A stretch of DNA of 64,000 nucleotides from a virus (IMGVR_UViG_3300027804_000001:64001-128000); one strand, 5' to 3'. Shown: positions 38,155 to 47,405, counted from the first letter of the stretch. Made by a program: numbers and translations. The notes: generated by a model from the sequence alone, not told the origin.

Positions 38155-38529
38155 ATGATAAACGAATTATTTATGAACCAATGTTTTGAGTATGGTGAAC
38201 GAGAGTTCAACACGAAGGAAACTTTAGACCTCCTAAAAATGAACGGCTTCAAGTTTTGGAGTTGGGGTGCAAGTGGATTCAAAAACTTTGGGGATAAAGT
38301 ATTAACATTTAAAGTTCAAGGACACCACCACAAAGGTTATGTAGTAATAACATTGGGTTGGGATGACACCTATACTATTAGATTGGTAAGTACACAAGGG
38401 AATGTGAAGTTCAAAATGGAAGGAGTGTATTTCGATATGTTGTTCGAGATTCTTGATGAGAAGATTGAACGAATACCTGAATATGTGGAGATTGTCAATG
38501 AAGTTATTAACCAAAGGTTAGAACATTAG
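38155..38529 (+). CDS. Early hypothetical phage protein
   Basis: FWSWGA...FKVQGHHHKGYVVITLGWDDTYTI; the last 38 nt before the stop region duplicate 37404-37441. Confidence 0.8.
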   Translation: MINELFMNQCFEYGEREFNTKETLDLLKMNGFKFWSWGASGFKNFGDKVLTFKVQGHHHKGYVVITLGWDDTYTIRLVSTQGNVKFKMEGVYFDMLFEILDEKIERIPEYVEIVNEVINQRLEH

Positions 38530-38551
38530 GTTTGGTTTTAATTGTTAATGT

Positions 38552-38582
38552 AACCCTGATGATTTTTCATCGGGGTTTTTTT
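38552..38582 (+). terminator. Intrinsic terminator
   Basis: AACCCTGATGA-TTTT-TCATCGGGGTT plus T-run. Confidence 0.8.
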
Positions 38583-38809
38583 ATTTCATGGATTTACCGT
38601 CGACGGTGCGCACAGGTGGATAATGAACGGCCCATTATAGTGAATTAAAAACCAATTCGTTAGACCACCTGAATCCATGCATCCGACGCATGTGGATTGT
38701 GAATGGCTCGGGCCGTACATTATTTCACCAGCGCATGTCCCACATGTTCCTGAAGTACCTGATGTACCACTCGTACCCGTAATACACTATGAAAAAAATT
38801 AAATAAAAT

Positions 38810-38840
38810 TTTGTATAATGGAAATCTATTTATATCTTTG
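38810..38840 (+). promoter_or_regulatory. Bacteroidota sigma-A promoter
   Basis: TTTG - 19 nt - TATCTTTG. Confidence 0.8.
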
Positions 38841-38861
38841 TCATACAAAACAATTAATGAT

Positions 38862-39029
38862 ATGAAAATAGATGTAAGTAAACAATTAAGAAGTCTACAA
38901 AGAGGTAGAAAGAGAGACGAACAAATAAGTCAAGGTATGTATGATGGTCGTTTCAAGAGTAAAGTCGTACCCGACAAAAAGAAACAAGAAAGTAGGAATT
39001 GGTGTAGAAGTAAGGTCAGTTTATTCTGA
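38862..39029 (+). CDS. Small basic protein (55 aa)
   Basis: MKIDVSKQLRSLQRGRKRDEQISQGMYDGRFKSKVVPDKKKQESRNWCR. Confidence 0.7.
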   Translation: MKIDVSKQLRSLQRGRKRDEQISQGMYDGRFKSKVVPDKKKQESRNWCRSKVSLF

Positions 39030-39198
39030 CCTTTTTTTTGTCCAAGAATTTTTTAGCCCGGATCACATGTAAATAATGAACGGCTCAACCAAGAAAAAAA
39101 AAGCAGAATCCGCTGCTTGAAAAAAAGAATGGCTTTGAAGCCATTCAATATTCTCATGGTCCTGGCGAAAAAAATATCAAGAAAAAAATAAAAATATA

Positions 39199-39230
39199 TT
39201 TGGTGGAATGGTTTTGATGTTATATATTTG
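39199..39230 (+). promoter_or_regulatory. Bacteroidota sigma-A promoter
   Basis: TTTG - 20 nt - TATATTTG. Confidence 0.85.
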
Positions 39231-39251
39231 TAGAAACAAATAATAAATGAT

Positions 39252-39470
39252 ATGGAAAAATTAAATGTCAAACCAAGTAAGTACAAACACAAGATGAGTT
39301 ACAACGAATGGACTAAACATTTCAATGTTGGTGGTGGTTATGTTGAACCTACAAAGTATTTTCAAGGAAACCCTAATTGGAGTATGAAACCTATTGGAGT
39401 TGCGAAATACATTAACGAAACACCTATTGAGAGATTTTTTAGAGTATTGTTTAATAAAATTAAAAACTAA
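39252..39470 (+). CDS. Early hypothetical protein
   Basis: 72 aa directly after the promoter. Confidence 0.7.
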   Translation: MEKLNVKPSKYKHKMSYNEWTKHFNVGGGYVEPTKYFQGNPNWSMKPIGVAKYINETPIERFFRVLFNKIKN

Positions 39471-39474
39471 AATT

Positions 39475-39822
39475 ATGTTGATAAAATTAACTTATTACGG
39501 AACAGACAGACCGACACTTGTAAATTTCGATAATGTTGAAAGTGTTTACCAAGTTTTTGACAAGGTAATGAAAAGATTTTCAACCAAGATTTGTTTTAGA
39601 GGAAACGAGAGTTACATAAATGTCGAGGAGGAGCTACAGACGATATTAAGACTGGCTCAAGAGGCAAAAGAAGGTAAGTACCAAGATAATGATTGGGAAA
39701 CACCAACTTTGGAAGATAGATTGGAAACTTCATACCAACAATATAAAAGTAGAAGTACAAACTTTCGACCACAAGAAAGAAATTATAATAGATTCGATAT
39801 GTTTAACGAAAACAAATACTAA
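39475..39822 (+). CDS. Early hypothetical protein
   Basis: MLIKLTYYGTDRPTLVNFDNV..; start moved to follow the upstream stop. Confidence 0.7.
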   Translation: MLIKLTYYGTDRPTLVNFDNVESVYQVFDKVMKRFSTKICFRGNESYINVEEELQTILRLAQEAKEGKYQDNDWETPTLEDRLETSYQQYKSRSTNFRPQERNYNRFDMFNENKY

Positions 39823-39823
39823 A

Positions 39824-39979
39824 ATGATTAATATGATAAAAGAAATTTGGACACATAGTGTGGACTTATGGAAGAACGATAGAAAAGAATTTTGGGAATT
39901 GTGGGGTAGTTTTGCAATTGTAACTTTCTGGTTGTGGTTTACAATATTCGTACTACTACCAATATTTGGTGACTTGTAG
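39824..39979 (+). CDS. Small membrane protein
   Basis: MINMIKEIW...FWLWFTIFVLLPIFG. Confidence 0.6.
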   Translation: MINMIKEIWTHSVDLWKNDRKEFWELWGSFAIVTFWLWFTIFVLLPIFGDL

Positions 39980-40010
39980 ATTTTGTTCATGTTTATTTTT
40001 TAGATTACAA

Positions 40011-40039
40011 AGACCTCACTCGAAAGAGTGGGGTTTTTT
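40011..40039 (+). terminator. Intrinsic terminator
   Basis: ACCTCACTC-GAAA-GAGTGGGGT plus T-run. Confidence 0.8.
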
Positions 40040-40271
40040 ATTGCTCATTTTTTAGGTTTTTCATTGCGCATTTTTTAGAATCCACAGCACCGTGCGCAGA
40101 TCATGTACAAAATGACTGGCTCGAATCTGACCAAAAGCAGGATCAGCCGCATGGAAAAATGAATGGCCTGTATTACACAGACGAAGTATCGTATTACAAA
40201 GGCCATACATTATCCACCCTGATGCTGCAGATCACGGTGAAAAAAATAATTTAAAAAAAGTTGTAAATAAA

Positions 40272-40303
40272 TTTGGAATATAATAAAAATAGTATTATAT
40301 TTG
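40272..40303 (+). promoter_or_regulatory. Bacteroidota sigma-A promoter
   Basis: TTTG - 20 nt - TATATTTG; the core is identical to the promoter at 38100. Confidence 0.85.
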
Positions 40304-40325
40304 TACTCACTAAAACATTAAAAAC

Positions 40326-40907
40326 ATGAAACACACACACGAAGAAAAAATTGGTAACTACATTATTAGAATTTTCCCTGACGATTGTGGAGATAGTCCT
40401 CGTAATTGGGATAACTTAGGTACAATGGTATGTTTCCACAAACGATACGACTTAGGTGATGATAATAGTTATTGTTCAAATAACTACGATGGTTGGGATG
40501 AAATGAAAGAAGATATTATTGAAAGGGAAAATGTACACACAATTCTTCCTTTGTATTTGTACGACCACAGTGGAATTACAATTAGTACAAGTCCTTTCGG
40601 TTGTCAATGGGATAGTGGACAAGTTGGTTGGATATTTGTTTCAAAAGATAAAGTACAAAAAGAAACTCTTGATGAAACAAAGATTGAGGAATACTTGAAA
40701 GGTGAAGTTGAAACTTACGACCAATACATTAGAGGTGATGTTTATGGATACAAAGTCTATAAGGTTGAAACTTGTGATAAAGATTGTGAACACGAAGAAG
40801 AATTAGATAGTTGTTGGGGGTTTTATGGTGAAGAAGAATGTATTAGTGAAGCGAAAGGTATGGTGGAGTATTACACGAATATGCCTGAAGTAAAAGAAGT
40901 GGTTTAG
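40326..40907 (+). CDS. Conserved phage/plasmid protein (YLYDHSG...WDSGQVG family)
   Basis: SPRNWDNLG, LYLYDHSGI, WDSGQVG, GDVYGY, SCWGFYG motifs; acidic. Confidence 0.8.
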   Translation: MKHTHEEKIGNYIIRIFPDDCGDSPRNWDNLGTMVCFHKRYDLGDDNSYCSNNYDGWDEMKEDIIERENVHTILPLYLYDHSGITISTSPFGCQWDSGQVGWIFVSKDKVQKETLDETKIEEYLKGEVETYDQYIRGDVYGYKVYKVETCDKDCEHEEELDSCWGFYGEEECISEAKGMVEYYTNMPEVKEVV

Positions 40908-40927
40908 TGTTTCATTTGTTAATTGAT

Positions 40928-40957
40928 AAGGGGTATCGAAAGATACCCTTTTTTTTT
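40928..40957 (+). terminator. Intrinsic terminator
   Basis: AGGGGTATC-GAAA-GATACCCTT plus T-run. Confidence 0.85.
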
Positions 40958-41131
40958 ATCCTGGTTTTTATTCTGGAACAATACTGGTTGCACTGGTGGA
41001 ATAATGAACGGCCTGTATTACAAGGCCATTCAAATTTTCGGATTCGTCTTCTGTCCCTGAAAAAAATAAAAATAAATTTGGTTTATATTAAAAATGTATT
41101 ACCTTTATACCACAAAACAAAACTTACAACA

Positions 41132-41353
41132 ATGGTAACAACAACACTAAACCCTATTAAACAAAAGAAATTAGTTTGGGGTAAAAAAGGAAAAGAAGTT
41201 AGCGGATGGTTAAAACTCCGTGATGGTAGTAAAACACAATTCTCTATTGATAAAGATGGTCAATGGGAACAATGGGGTAATACAAGAGATAATTTATGTG
41301 TCTCCGTACCCTTTGTTGAACAACTACGAGATTTTTTATTGTATGGTGATTAG
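41132..41353 (+). CDS. Early hypothetical protein
   Basis: MVTTTLNP...; promoter TTTG (41077) - 19 nt - TACCTTTA; terminator at 41374-41406. Confidence 0.7.
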   Translation: MVTTTLNPIKQKKLVWGKKGKEVSGWLKLRDGSKTQFSIDKDGQWEQWGNTRDNLCVSVPFVEQLRDFLLYGD

Positions 41354-41514
41354 GTTTAAAGGTTGGTGATTTGAAACCCTGATGATTTTATTGTCAGGGT
41401 TTTTTTATTTCCACAGATTTTCTGCAGATCACATGTGAAAAATGAACGGCCTGAGCCATTCAAATTTTTGCCACAGGCCTGACGAAAAAAAAATAAAAAA
41501 AAGATTAAAAAAAA

Positions 41515-41546
41515 TTTGGAATATAATAGAATCTGTATTATATTTG
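41515..41546 (+). promoter_or_regulatory. Bacteroidota sigma-A promoter
   Basis: TTTG - 20 nt - TATATTTG. Confidence 0.85.
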
Positions 41547-41571
41547 TGTCCTAAACAAAAACAAAAACAAA

Positions 41572-42015
41572 ATGGGAACAAGAAGCACTTACCGAATTAT
41601 TGAACAATGGAAAGATGACGAAACTAAAAAAGTCGAGAACAACGAACTTTGTCTAGTGTATAGGCAATATGACGGATACCCAGAAGGACACCCTTTTGAA
41701 ACCGCCGAATGGTTGGCAGGTGGTAGAGTTGTAAATGGGTTAGGACTAAGCGAAGACCAATTAGTATTCAACGGAGCAGGTTGTCTCGCAGCACAAATGA
41801 TTGCTAAATTCAAAGACGGCCCAGGTGGAACCTACATACATTCTTTGAGTAGTAGAGGCAAATGTTGGGAAGATTACCTTTACGACATTATTGTAAAGCC
41901 TGACCGAAGTATTGAATATGTGTGTTATGAGAATTATAGTGATGAACCGACCGAAATTTTTAGAGGTACACCACAAGAATTCGTAGAGAAGTATAAAGAA
42001 AAAGTTGGAGCATAA
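41572..42015 (+). CDS. Conserved phage protein (MGTRS...YRQYDGYP family)
   Basis: YRQYDGYPEG, FNGAGCLAAQ motifs; terminator at 42035-42067. Confidence 0.8.
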   Translation: MGTRSTYRIIEQWKDDETKKVENNELCLVYRQYDGYPEGHPFETAEWLAGGRVVNGLGLSEDQLVFNGAGCLAAQMIAKFKDGPGGTYIHSLSSRGKCWEDYLYDIIVKPDRSIEYVCYENYSDEPTEIFRGTPQEFVEKYKEKVGA

Positions 42016-42177
42016 GGGGTTAATTGTTAAATGTAAAAGGGTAGGAATTTTTCCTACCTTTTTTTTTGTCCAAGAACCATTCCCGTCTGCATCCTGACCA
42101 ATTATGTGTGGCCTGAGCCACTCATTATTTACATGTGATCAGGCAAAAATCTTCTCAAGAAAAAAAATAAAAATAAA

Positions 42178-42209
42178 TTTGGAATATAATGAAAATCGTA
42201 TTATATTTG
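42178..42209 (+). promoter_or_regulatory. Bacteroidota sigma-A promoter
   Basis: TTTG - 20 nt - TATATTTG. Confidence 0.85.
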
Positions 42210-42229
42210 TATTCTTAAAACAAACACAT

Positions 42230-42565
42230 ATGGAATTTAAAATTGTAACTTCAACACACCCCGAAGGTTTAACTTCAAAAGTAAAAGAACTAATTCAACA
42301 AGGTTGGAAACCATTAGGTGGACACTCGGTTGTGGAAACACATAGACAAAACCGATATAGTGGTTCACAACATATGGATACCCGTATTGAAGTAGAGTAC
42401 ACTATTAGTATGGTGAAAGAAACACTCAATAAAAATGTTATTGAAGTTGATGTGGCGTTTTACCACCCCAACGATGACGAAACCGAAAAGGTTTATGATG
42501 AAGAAGGTATGAGAGAAGAATTTGAATACAAATTAGATTGTTTAATTAAAAACGCTGGATTATGA
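42230..42565 (+). CDS. DUF1737-like small protein with acidic tail
   Basis: FKIVTS....LTSKVKELIQQGWKPLGG; start moved downstream of the promoter. Confidence 0.65.
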   Translation: MEFKIVTSTHPEGLTSKVKELIQQGWKPLGGHSVVETHRQNRYSGSQHMDTRIEVEYTISMVKETLNKNVIEVDVAFYHPNDDETEKVYDEEGMREEFEYKLDCLIKNAGL

Positions 42566-42762
42566 TTATTTTATTAGAGTCAGTTGCCACGGCAATAGAT
42601 GATGAGACATTAATAACCTACGCGATGTACGAAAGTGGTAATATTGATTTGGAAAGTGGTTTACCTTTAGAGAGTTGTTCCGAAAGTTGGCAGAAATGTC
42701 TTGACGACTACGATAAGGAAATGGTTAAACATTTATTAAATGTAAAAAAATATTTAAGATGA
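42562..42762 (+). CDS. Hypothetical protein
   Basis: 66 aa; ATGA overlaps with both neighbours. Confidence 0.65.
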   Translation: MIILLESVATAIDDETLITYAMYESGNIDLESGLPLESCSESWQKCLDDYDKEMVKHLLNVKKYLR

Positions 42763-42980
42763 TAAAAAGTATAGAAGAAAAAATGGGACAGCTGATGGAG
42801 ATAAATTTGACTGGCCCCGAAGGAAATGTTTTTAACTTAATTGGAGTTGGTGGTAGACTTTGTAAACTACTAAACATTAACCAAGATAAGTTTGTGAGAG
42901 AAATGATGAGTGGTGATTATAATAATGCAGTCAATACCTTTGAAAAATATTTTGGTGACTATGTTATTTTGTATAAATAA
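42759..42980 (+). CDS. Conserved small phage protein
   Basis: INLTGPEGNVFNLIG...EMMSGDY motif. Confidence 0.7.
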   Translation: MIKSIEEKMGQLMEINLTGPEGNVFNLIGVGGRLCKLLNINQDKFVREMMSGDYNNAVNTFEKYFGDYVILYK

Positions 42981-43000
42981 AAAAGTGTTATATTTGCAGT

Positions 43001-43306
43001 ATGGAAAAGTTAGTGAGGTATATTAAAAGTAAGGTTGGTGAAATTGGTTCATTTGAAACAGAGTACGCTTTGGACAAAGGAGAACTAAAATTCAAAAACG
43101 GAAAGATTGATTTTATTGGCGTAGATTTTATTAGAGTTGCGTATGACGATAATACTTCCGAGTGTATGTTCTATAATAGTTTAGACTTTGATACACTATT
43201 GGACATATTCAATGTGGTAATGATGTACACCAAGAAGTTAAAGTATTATGAGAATTATATTTTAAATAGAACAAAGTCTCCCGTATTACATGATACACAT
43301 GAATAA
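43001..43306 (+). CDS. Hypothetical protein
   Basis: 101 aa; TATATTTG at 42989-42996. Confidence 0.65.
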   Translation: MEKLVRYIKSKVGEIGSFETEYALDKGELKFKNGKIDFIGVDFIRVAYDDNTSECMFYNSLDFDTLLDIFNVVMMYTKKLKYYENYILNRTKSPVLHDTHE

Positions 43307-43646
43307 CGAAATAAAAAAGTTAGAGACCGAGATTTCAACTTTAAAAAAGCGACTTATGTATTTGAAGTCATTAAACATTTTAGATAAACCCACAATTAAA
43401 GATTTCAAATTTGTTGTTAATAAAAGAATGAGGACAACAAAAACCTATGGTACTCTACCTTATTATTATTACATGATGGAATTACGGAAATATAACGATT
43501 CAGGATATAGAGTTAGAATGTTAGTTACAAAAAACCATTACGAAAATATAAAGAACTCTGCCGTTCAAGAAGAACTTTTCAAAATATATAAAGAATACTT
43601 TATAGAGAAGTTGAAAAAAAGAACTAAACTTGATAAAGTGGAATAA
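43299..43646 (+). CDS. Hypothetical basic protein, paralog of 50136..50477
   Basis: LDKPTIKDFKF...YYYYMMELR versus LDSPTIDDFKF...YYYRMELK; terminator at 43698-43727. Confidence 0.7.
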   Translation: MNNEIKKLETEISTLKKRLMYLKSLNILDKPTIKDFKFVVNKRMRTTKTYGTLPYYYYMMELRKYNDSGYRVRMLVTKNHYENIKNSAVQEELFKIYKEYFIEKLKKRTKLDKVE

Positions 43647-43843
43647 GTTTGTTATATTTTAGTAGTGTTCATAAGTGTTTAGTGTTTGTTTAAAGTTGGG
43701 GGATGATTTTTCATCCCCTTCTTTTTTGCCTGAATCTTCACCTGTGCGCTGATCATGTGATTATGAATGGCCCGAGCCATACATTATTCTGACGACGCTG
43801 CAGATCAGGGTGAAAAAAATAATTTAAAAAAGATGGAATAAAA

Positions 43844-43875
43844 TTTGGATTATACATAAAACAGATTTATCTTTG
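43844..43875 (+). promoter_or_regulatory. Bacteroidota sigma-A promoter
   Basis: TTTG - 20 nt - TATCTTTG. Confidence 0.85.
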
Positions 43876-43896
43876 TGTAAACAAAACAATAAAACA

Positions 43897-44736
43897 ATGA
43901 TTAAAGAAACATTAGACAAAACCAATTTGAATTGGGGAGTTCGTTCGGAAACCATTACAACTGAAAGTGGTATTGTATTAGATGGATACAGAGCATTGGT
44001 ACGTGATGATAACAACACAGCACTCTCTGTAATGAGTGATAGTTATGAACCATTCCAAAATTATGACTTGGTCGAGTTGCTGGACAAAGTGTCAAATAAG
44101 ACAGGCTTAGAAGTTGCTAAAGGTGGAAGTTTTAAAGATGGTGCGAGAGTGTACATTCAATTAAAGTCGGACAACCTGAAGTTAGGGGACGACAGAATTG
44201 AAGGATATTTGACTGGCATTAATTCTTTTGATGGTAGTACTAGTTTGGCATTCGGACCTAGTAACATTACTATTAGTTGTATGAATTCATTCTTCGCAGC
44301 CTTTCGTGAAATGAACACAAAGATTCGTCACACTAAAAACATGATGATTAAAGTAGATGAAGTGTGTAGAAGTTTGGAAGGAGCACTTGTTGAGGAAAAG
44401 AAAATGTTTGATAGTATTGTTCAGTTGAGTGATATGAGGTTTGATGATTTGATGAAAGATGATGTTGTTCGTAAACTATTCGACATTAAGAAAGATGTTG
44501 ATTTGAAAGATTTGGATTCTATTCATACAACCACACGTAATAAGATTAACAGATTCTATGTTGATTTAAATGGTGAGTTACAACAGAAGGGTGATAACAT
44601 GTGGGGATTGTTTAGTGGAGTTACGAAGTACACGACACACTCTTTGGGTAAGAAAGATTCTCTTGAAACAAAGATGATGGGAGTGTATGGAAAAAGGGAA
44701 CGAGAAATTTTCAACAATATGTTGGAACTCGCGTAA
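43897..44736 (+). CDS. DUF932 / TIGR03299 phage-plasmid-like protein
   Basis: LNW.V, VRDD....LSV.SDSYEPFQN, GGSFKDGARVYI, NSFDGSTS, RI.CMN-like ISCMN, IRHTKN, N.WGLFSGVT; terminator at 44762-44793. Confidence 0.85.
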   Translation: MIKETLDKTNLNWGVRSETITTESGIVLDGYRALVRDDNNTALSVMSDSYEPFQNYDLVELLDKVSNKTGLEVAKGGSFKDGARVYIQLKSDNLKLGDDRIEGYLTGINSFDGSTSLAFGPSNITISCMNSFFAAFREMNTKIRHTKNMMIKVDEVCRSLEGALVEEKKMFDSIVQLSDMRFDDLMKDDVVRKLFDIKKDVDLKDLDSIHTTTRNKINRFYVDLNGELQQKGDNMWGLFSGVTKYTTHSLGKKDSLETKMMGVYGKREREIFNNMLELA

Positions 44737-44910
44737 TACAAATAAGGGTAAGGATTAATATAAAGCCTGGTGTTTTTACACTGGGCTTTTTTTATGTCAC
44801 CACAGAATTCCCGCAGCGGGTACGAATTATGTATGGCCTGAGCCAGTCAAATTCAAAAGATCGGATTCAGGCAGATCCCTGAAAAAAAAAATAAAAAAAA
44901 TTAAATAAAA

Positions 44911-44942
44911 TTTGGTGAAATGAATTTTTTATTATACATTTG
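44911..44942 (+). promoter_or_regulatory. Bacteroidota sigma-A promoter
   Basis: TTTG - 20 nt - TACATTTG. Confidence 0.85.
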
Positions 44943-44964
44943 TACTCACAAAACAATTATTAAA

Positions 44965-45222
44965 ATGAAAACAAAAAAGAAACACACACTCTTAAAGGGT
45001 GAAGGAGTACACCAACACACATTGTATGGTGATTTCAAAATTGGTGATGAAACCGATTTTATGGAAGTAAATGTTACAGAAGAAAGTTTATTGAAACACG
45101 AACACCCCAATGGTAATTTCGGTGAACACGAAACATTACAGATTGAGAAAGGTGATTGGGTTATGGGTAAACAAGTTGAGTTCAACCCATTTGATAGTAA
45201 GATAACAAGAATTTGGGACTAA
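44965..45222 (+). CDS. His-rich small beta protein
   Basis: HTLLKGEG.HQH...LKHEHP...EH..LQIEKG.W.MGKQVEFNP. Confidence 0.7.
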   Translation: MKTKKKHTLLKGEGVHQHTLYGDFKIGDETDFMEVNVTEESLLKHEHPNGNFGEHETLQIEKGDWVMGKQVEFNPFDSKITRIWD

Positions 45223-45235
45223 TAAACAAAACAAA

Positions 45236-45634
45236 ATGGCAAACCCTTTAATACATTCAAAGTCGTCGGTAAAAAGATGGGGTGGTAAAGTAGAAGATTA
45301 CTTACCAATACACGAACTTATTGATAGTCCAAAAGCAACTATGAATAATAATAGTGCGAGATTGATGACACATAACACTTGGTTCGCATATACCATTTGT
45401 CCAAAGATATTTGGTTACAACATTACCAATAGTGATGGTAAGAGTGTTGATGTTGTTGATATTGCTATGTTACATATAGCAGAGGACTTTCGTATGAAGT
45501 TTGTTCCCACACCACAAGATTACTTAAAACATTTAGAGGTACAACCCTGGATGAATAATGGAGTAAAGGATTTGGATAACCAAGAAGCTTATACTATTGT
45601 TAAACAATTAAACGAAAGATTACATGCAAACTAA
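45236..45634 (+). CDS. DUF6915-like protein
   Basis: MANPLIHSKSSVKRWGGKVEDYLPIHELID...HNTWF...HIAEDF...PTPQDYL. Confidence 0.75.
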   Translation: MANPLIHSKSSVKRWGGKVEDYLPIHELIDSPKATMNNNSARLMTHNTWFAYTICPKIFGYNITNSDGKSVDVVDIAMLHIAEDFRMKFVPTPQDYLKHLEVQPWMNNGVKDLDNQEAYTIVKQLNERLHAN

Positions 45635-46286
45635 TGAAGCAATTAAACTCTGGAAAGAGTTAGAAGTAGAGAGTGTTCTTCTTACATTCACCGCTGGTGG
45701 TGATAGTATGGGTGATATGGAATGGGAGTTGAGAGGTAAAGATGATAAGGTGTTAGATGAGAACCAAGACCTTATTGATTACTTTGACCACGAAGTTTTT
45801 AACAATGTGGACTTCTATGAAGTTTCTGATGGTCAGTATATGGGTGAGTTTGGTTCAGTTACCATTACACTTGAAGAAGATGAGGAAGAAGAAAATGGTG
45901 GAGTGTTCTTGTATGACAAAGAAGCACAGGCAGAATATGAAGAAAACTTTGGTGGTACAATGGAATTTGAATTGTCTGAAGCTGAACTTACTTTACTTAA
46001 TGAGAAAGTTGATAACATTAACGGAAGTGAGTGGGACGGCGAGAACATTAACTACAAAGATGATTGCGTTATTACCGAAGAAGAAGAAACTATTTTGAAT
46101 GACCTTATTAAAAGAATTAAGGAAGAGGCAGATAGTTTTGAGATTGATGACGCCAAAGGTGAAGAAGTTGGTGATGGTAGAAACTTTGACACTGGTGAAA
46201 ATGGTGAAGGTTGTAACATTGAAGATGGCGTATTACAAGTATATGTAAGTTCTCGTTATTATTTCACAGAAGAAGCATACGATTAA
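45624..46286 (+). CDS. DUF6878-like, highly acidic protein
   Basis: LTFTAGGDSMG motif; very D/E-rich. Confidence 0.65.
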   Translation: MQTNEAIKLWKELEVESVLLTFTAGGDSMGDMEWELRGKDDKVLDENQDLIDYFDHEVFNNVDFYEVSDGQYMGEFGSVTITLEEDEEEENGGVFLYDKEAQAEYEENFGGTMEFELSEAELTLLNEKVDNINGSEWDGENINYKDDCVITEEEETILNDLIKRIKEEADSFEIDDAKGEEVGDGRNFDTGENGEGCNIEDGVLQVYVSSRYYFTEEAYD

Positions 46287-46303
46287 AAAAAAAAATAAAA
46301 AAC

Positions 46304-46984
46304 ATGAAAATAATAATTAACAACACAGAGTTTGAATACAACATTGGTTGTAAAGTAATAAAGGCAAAGTATGGTGATGATTGTCCAAAGTTTTTTAACC
46401 AACCAGAGATTTGGAATGACATTCAACCAATTACTTTCAAAGAAATAGCAAGTGAGATTAGAAACATTGAACAGAGAAGGATTGCTATTCATGCACTTGG
46501 GATAGAAAATTTGGTGAAGGAAGTGCAGCCAAATATGATTGGCTCAGAAACTTTGAGTAAGACCACAACATTTGTAACTCCTAATGGTGAATTGAAAACA
46601 ATAAAATTCAAAGACACCTACAAATTGTTTGAGGTAAGTGGTGAAGCACTTGGGTTGAATGAAAGAAACAATTACCATTATGTTCAATGTAAAGACACTT
46701 CAACCGACAGAGAGTATTTGATTTGGGTAAATGCTGCTGATGTTTATAGAACAAATAACCCAGGTCAATGGACAAGTAGTGGTGAGAATTATGGTAAGAA
46801 GATTACACCAATTCAAGCAATTGCTTGGACAATTCAAACCAACATTGGTGAACATGATATAGATAAGATAGTAAGGCAAGGTGATTGTATTCTAATTAAG
46901 AAAAAGGGAAATGTTATGTTGGAAAGTACACCACGACATTTAACCGAGAAGGAATACAAAAAATTACTTGTATTAGAAAGTTAA
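46304..46984 (+). CDS. DUF6745-like protein with C-terminal RQGD motif
   Basis: NIEQRRIAIHALGIE, YVQCKDTSTDREYLIWV, AIAWT, RQGDCILI; terminator at 47006-47036. Confidence 0.65.
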   Translation: MKIIINNTEFEYNIGCKVIKAKYGDDCPKFFNQPEIWNDIQPITFKEIASEIRNIEQRRIAIHALGIENLVKEVQPNMIGSETLSKTTTFVTPNGELKTIKFKDTYKLFEVSGEALGLNERNNYHYVQCKDTSTDREYLIWVNAADVYRTNNPGQWTSSGENYGKKITPIQAIAWTIQTNIGEHDIDKIVRQGDCILIKKKGNVMLESTPRHLTEKEYKKLLVLES

Positions 46985-47164
46985 TAGTGTTTGAGTGTTT
47001 CCCCCAAGCCCCGACAGAAATGTTGGGGTTTTTTTTGCTTTGCCGTGCAGCTCACGCGCATGCGCCGATTATGACCGGCCCGAGCCATTCATTATCGTGG
47101 ATTATGATCACAGGTGGATCCTCAAAAAAAAATTAAAAAAAAATTAAAAAAAAATTAAATAAAA

Positions 47165-47196
47165 TTTGGTGGAATGAAAATAGTGTTATATATTTG
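47165..47196 (+). promoter_or_regulatory. Bacteroidota sigma-A promoter (no ORF before the next promoter)
   Basis: TTTG - 20 nt - TATATTTG. Confidence 0.8.
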
Positions 47197-47305
47197 TACT
47201 CGAAAACAACTTTAGAGTTGTTTAACACAAATCGTGACAAAAAATCACGGTTTACAGATGAAAAGATTAAATTTGAAAAAAAATAAAAAAATATATGAAA
47301 AAAAG

Positions 47306-47337
47306 TTTGGTGAAATGAAATAACCTTTATACATTTG
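47306..47337 (+). promoter_or_regulatory. Bacteroidota sigma-A promoter
   Basis: TTTG - 20 nt - TACATTTG. Confidence 0.8.
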
Positions 47338-47405
47338 TATCGGAAACAAAATATCTTTATTATTGACCAAAACGGGGACAGGTTTACTGAACAAAAATAT
47401 TAGTT

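Noticed and set aside
38617-38625. Extra DnaA-like boxes (GGTGGATAA at 38616, TTATCCACC at 40210)
   Set aside because: These are one-mismatch matches that arise as flanks of the repeat half-site, so they are not independent evidence.
45757-46098. Overlapping same-strand ORF in the acidic gene
   Set aside because: An alternative frame of a GAA/GAT-rich gene with no start context.
47233-47249. CRP site
   Set aside because: The spacer is 7 nt rather than 6 and the half-sites deviate from TGTGA/TCACA. Kept only as a generic inverted repeat.
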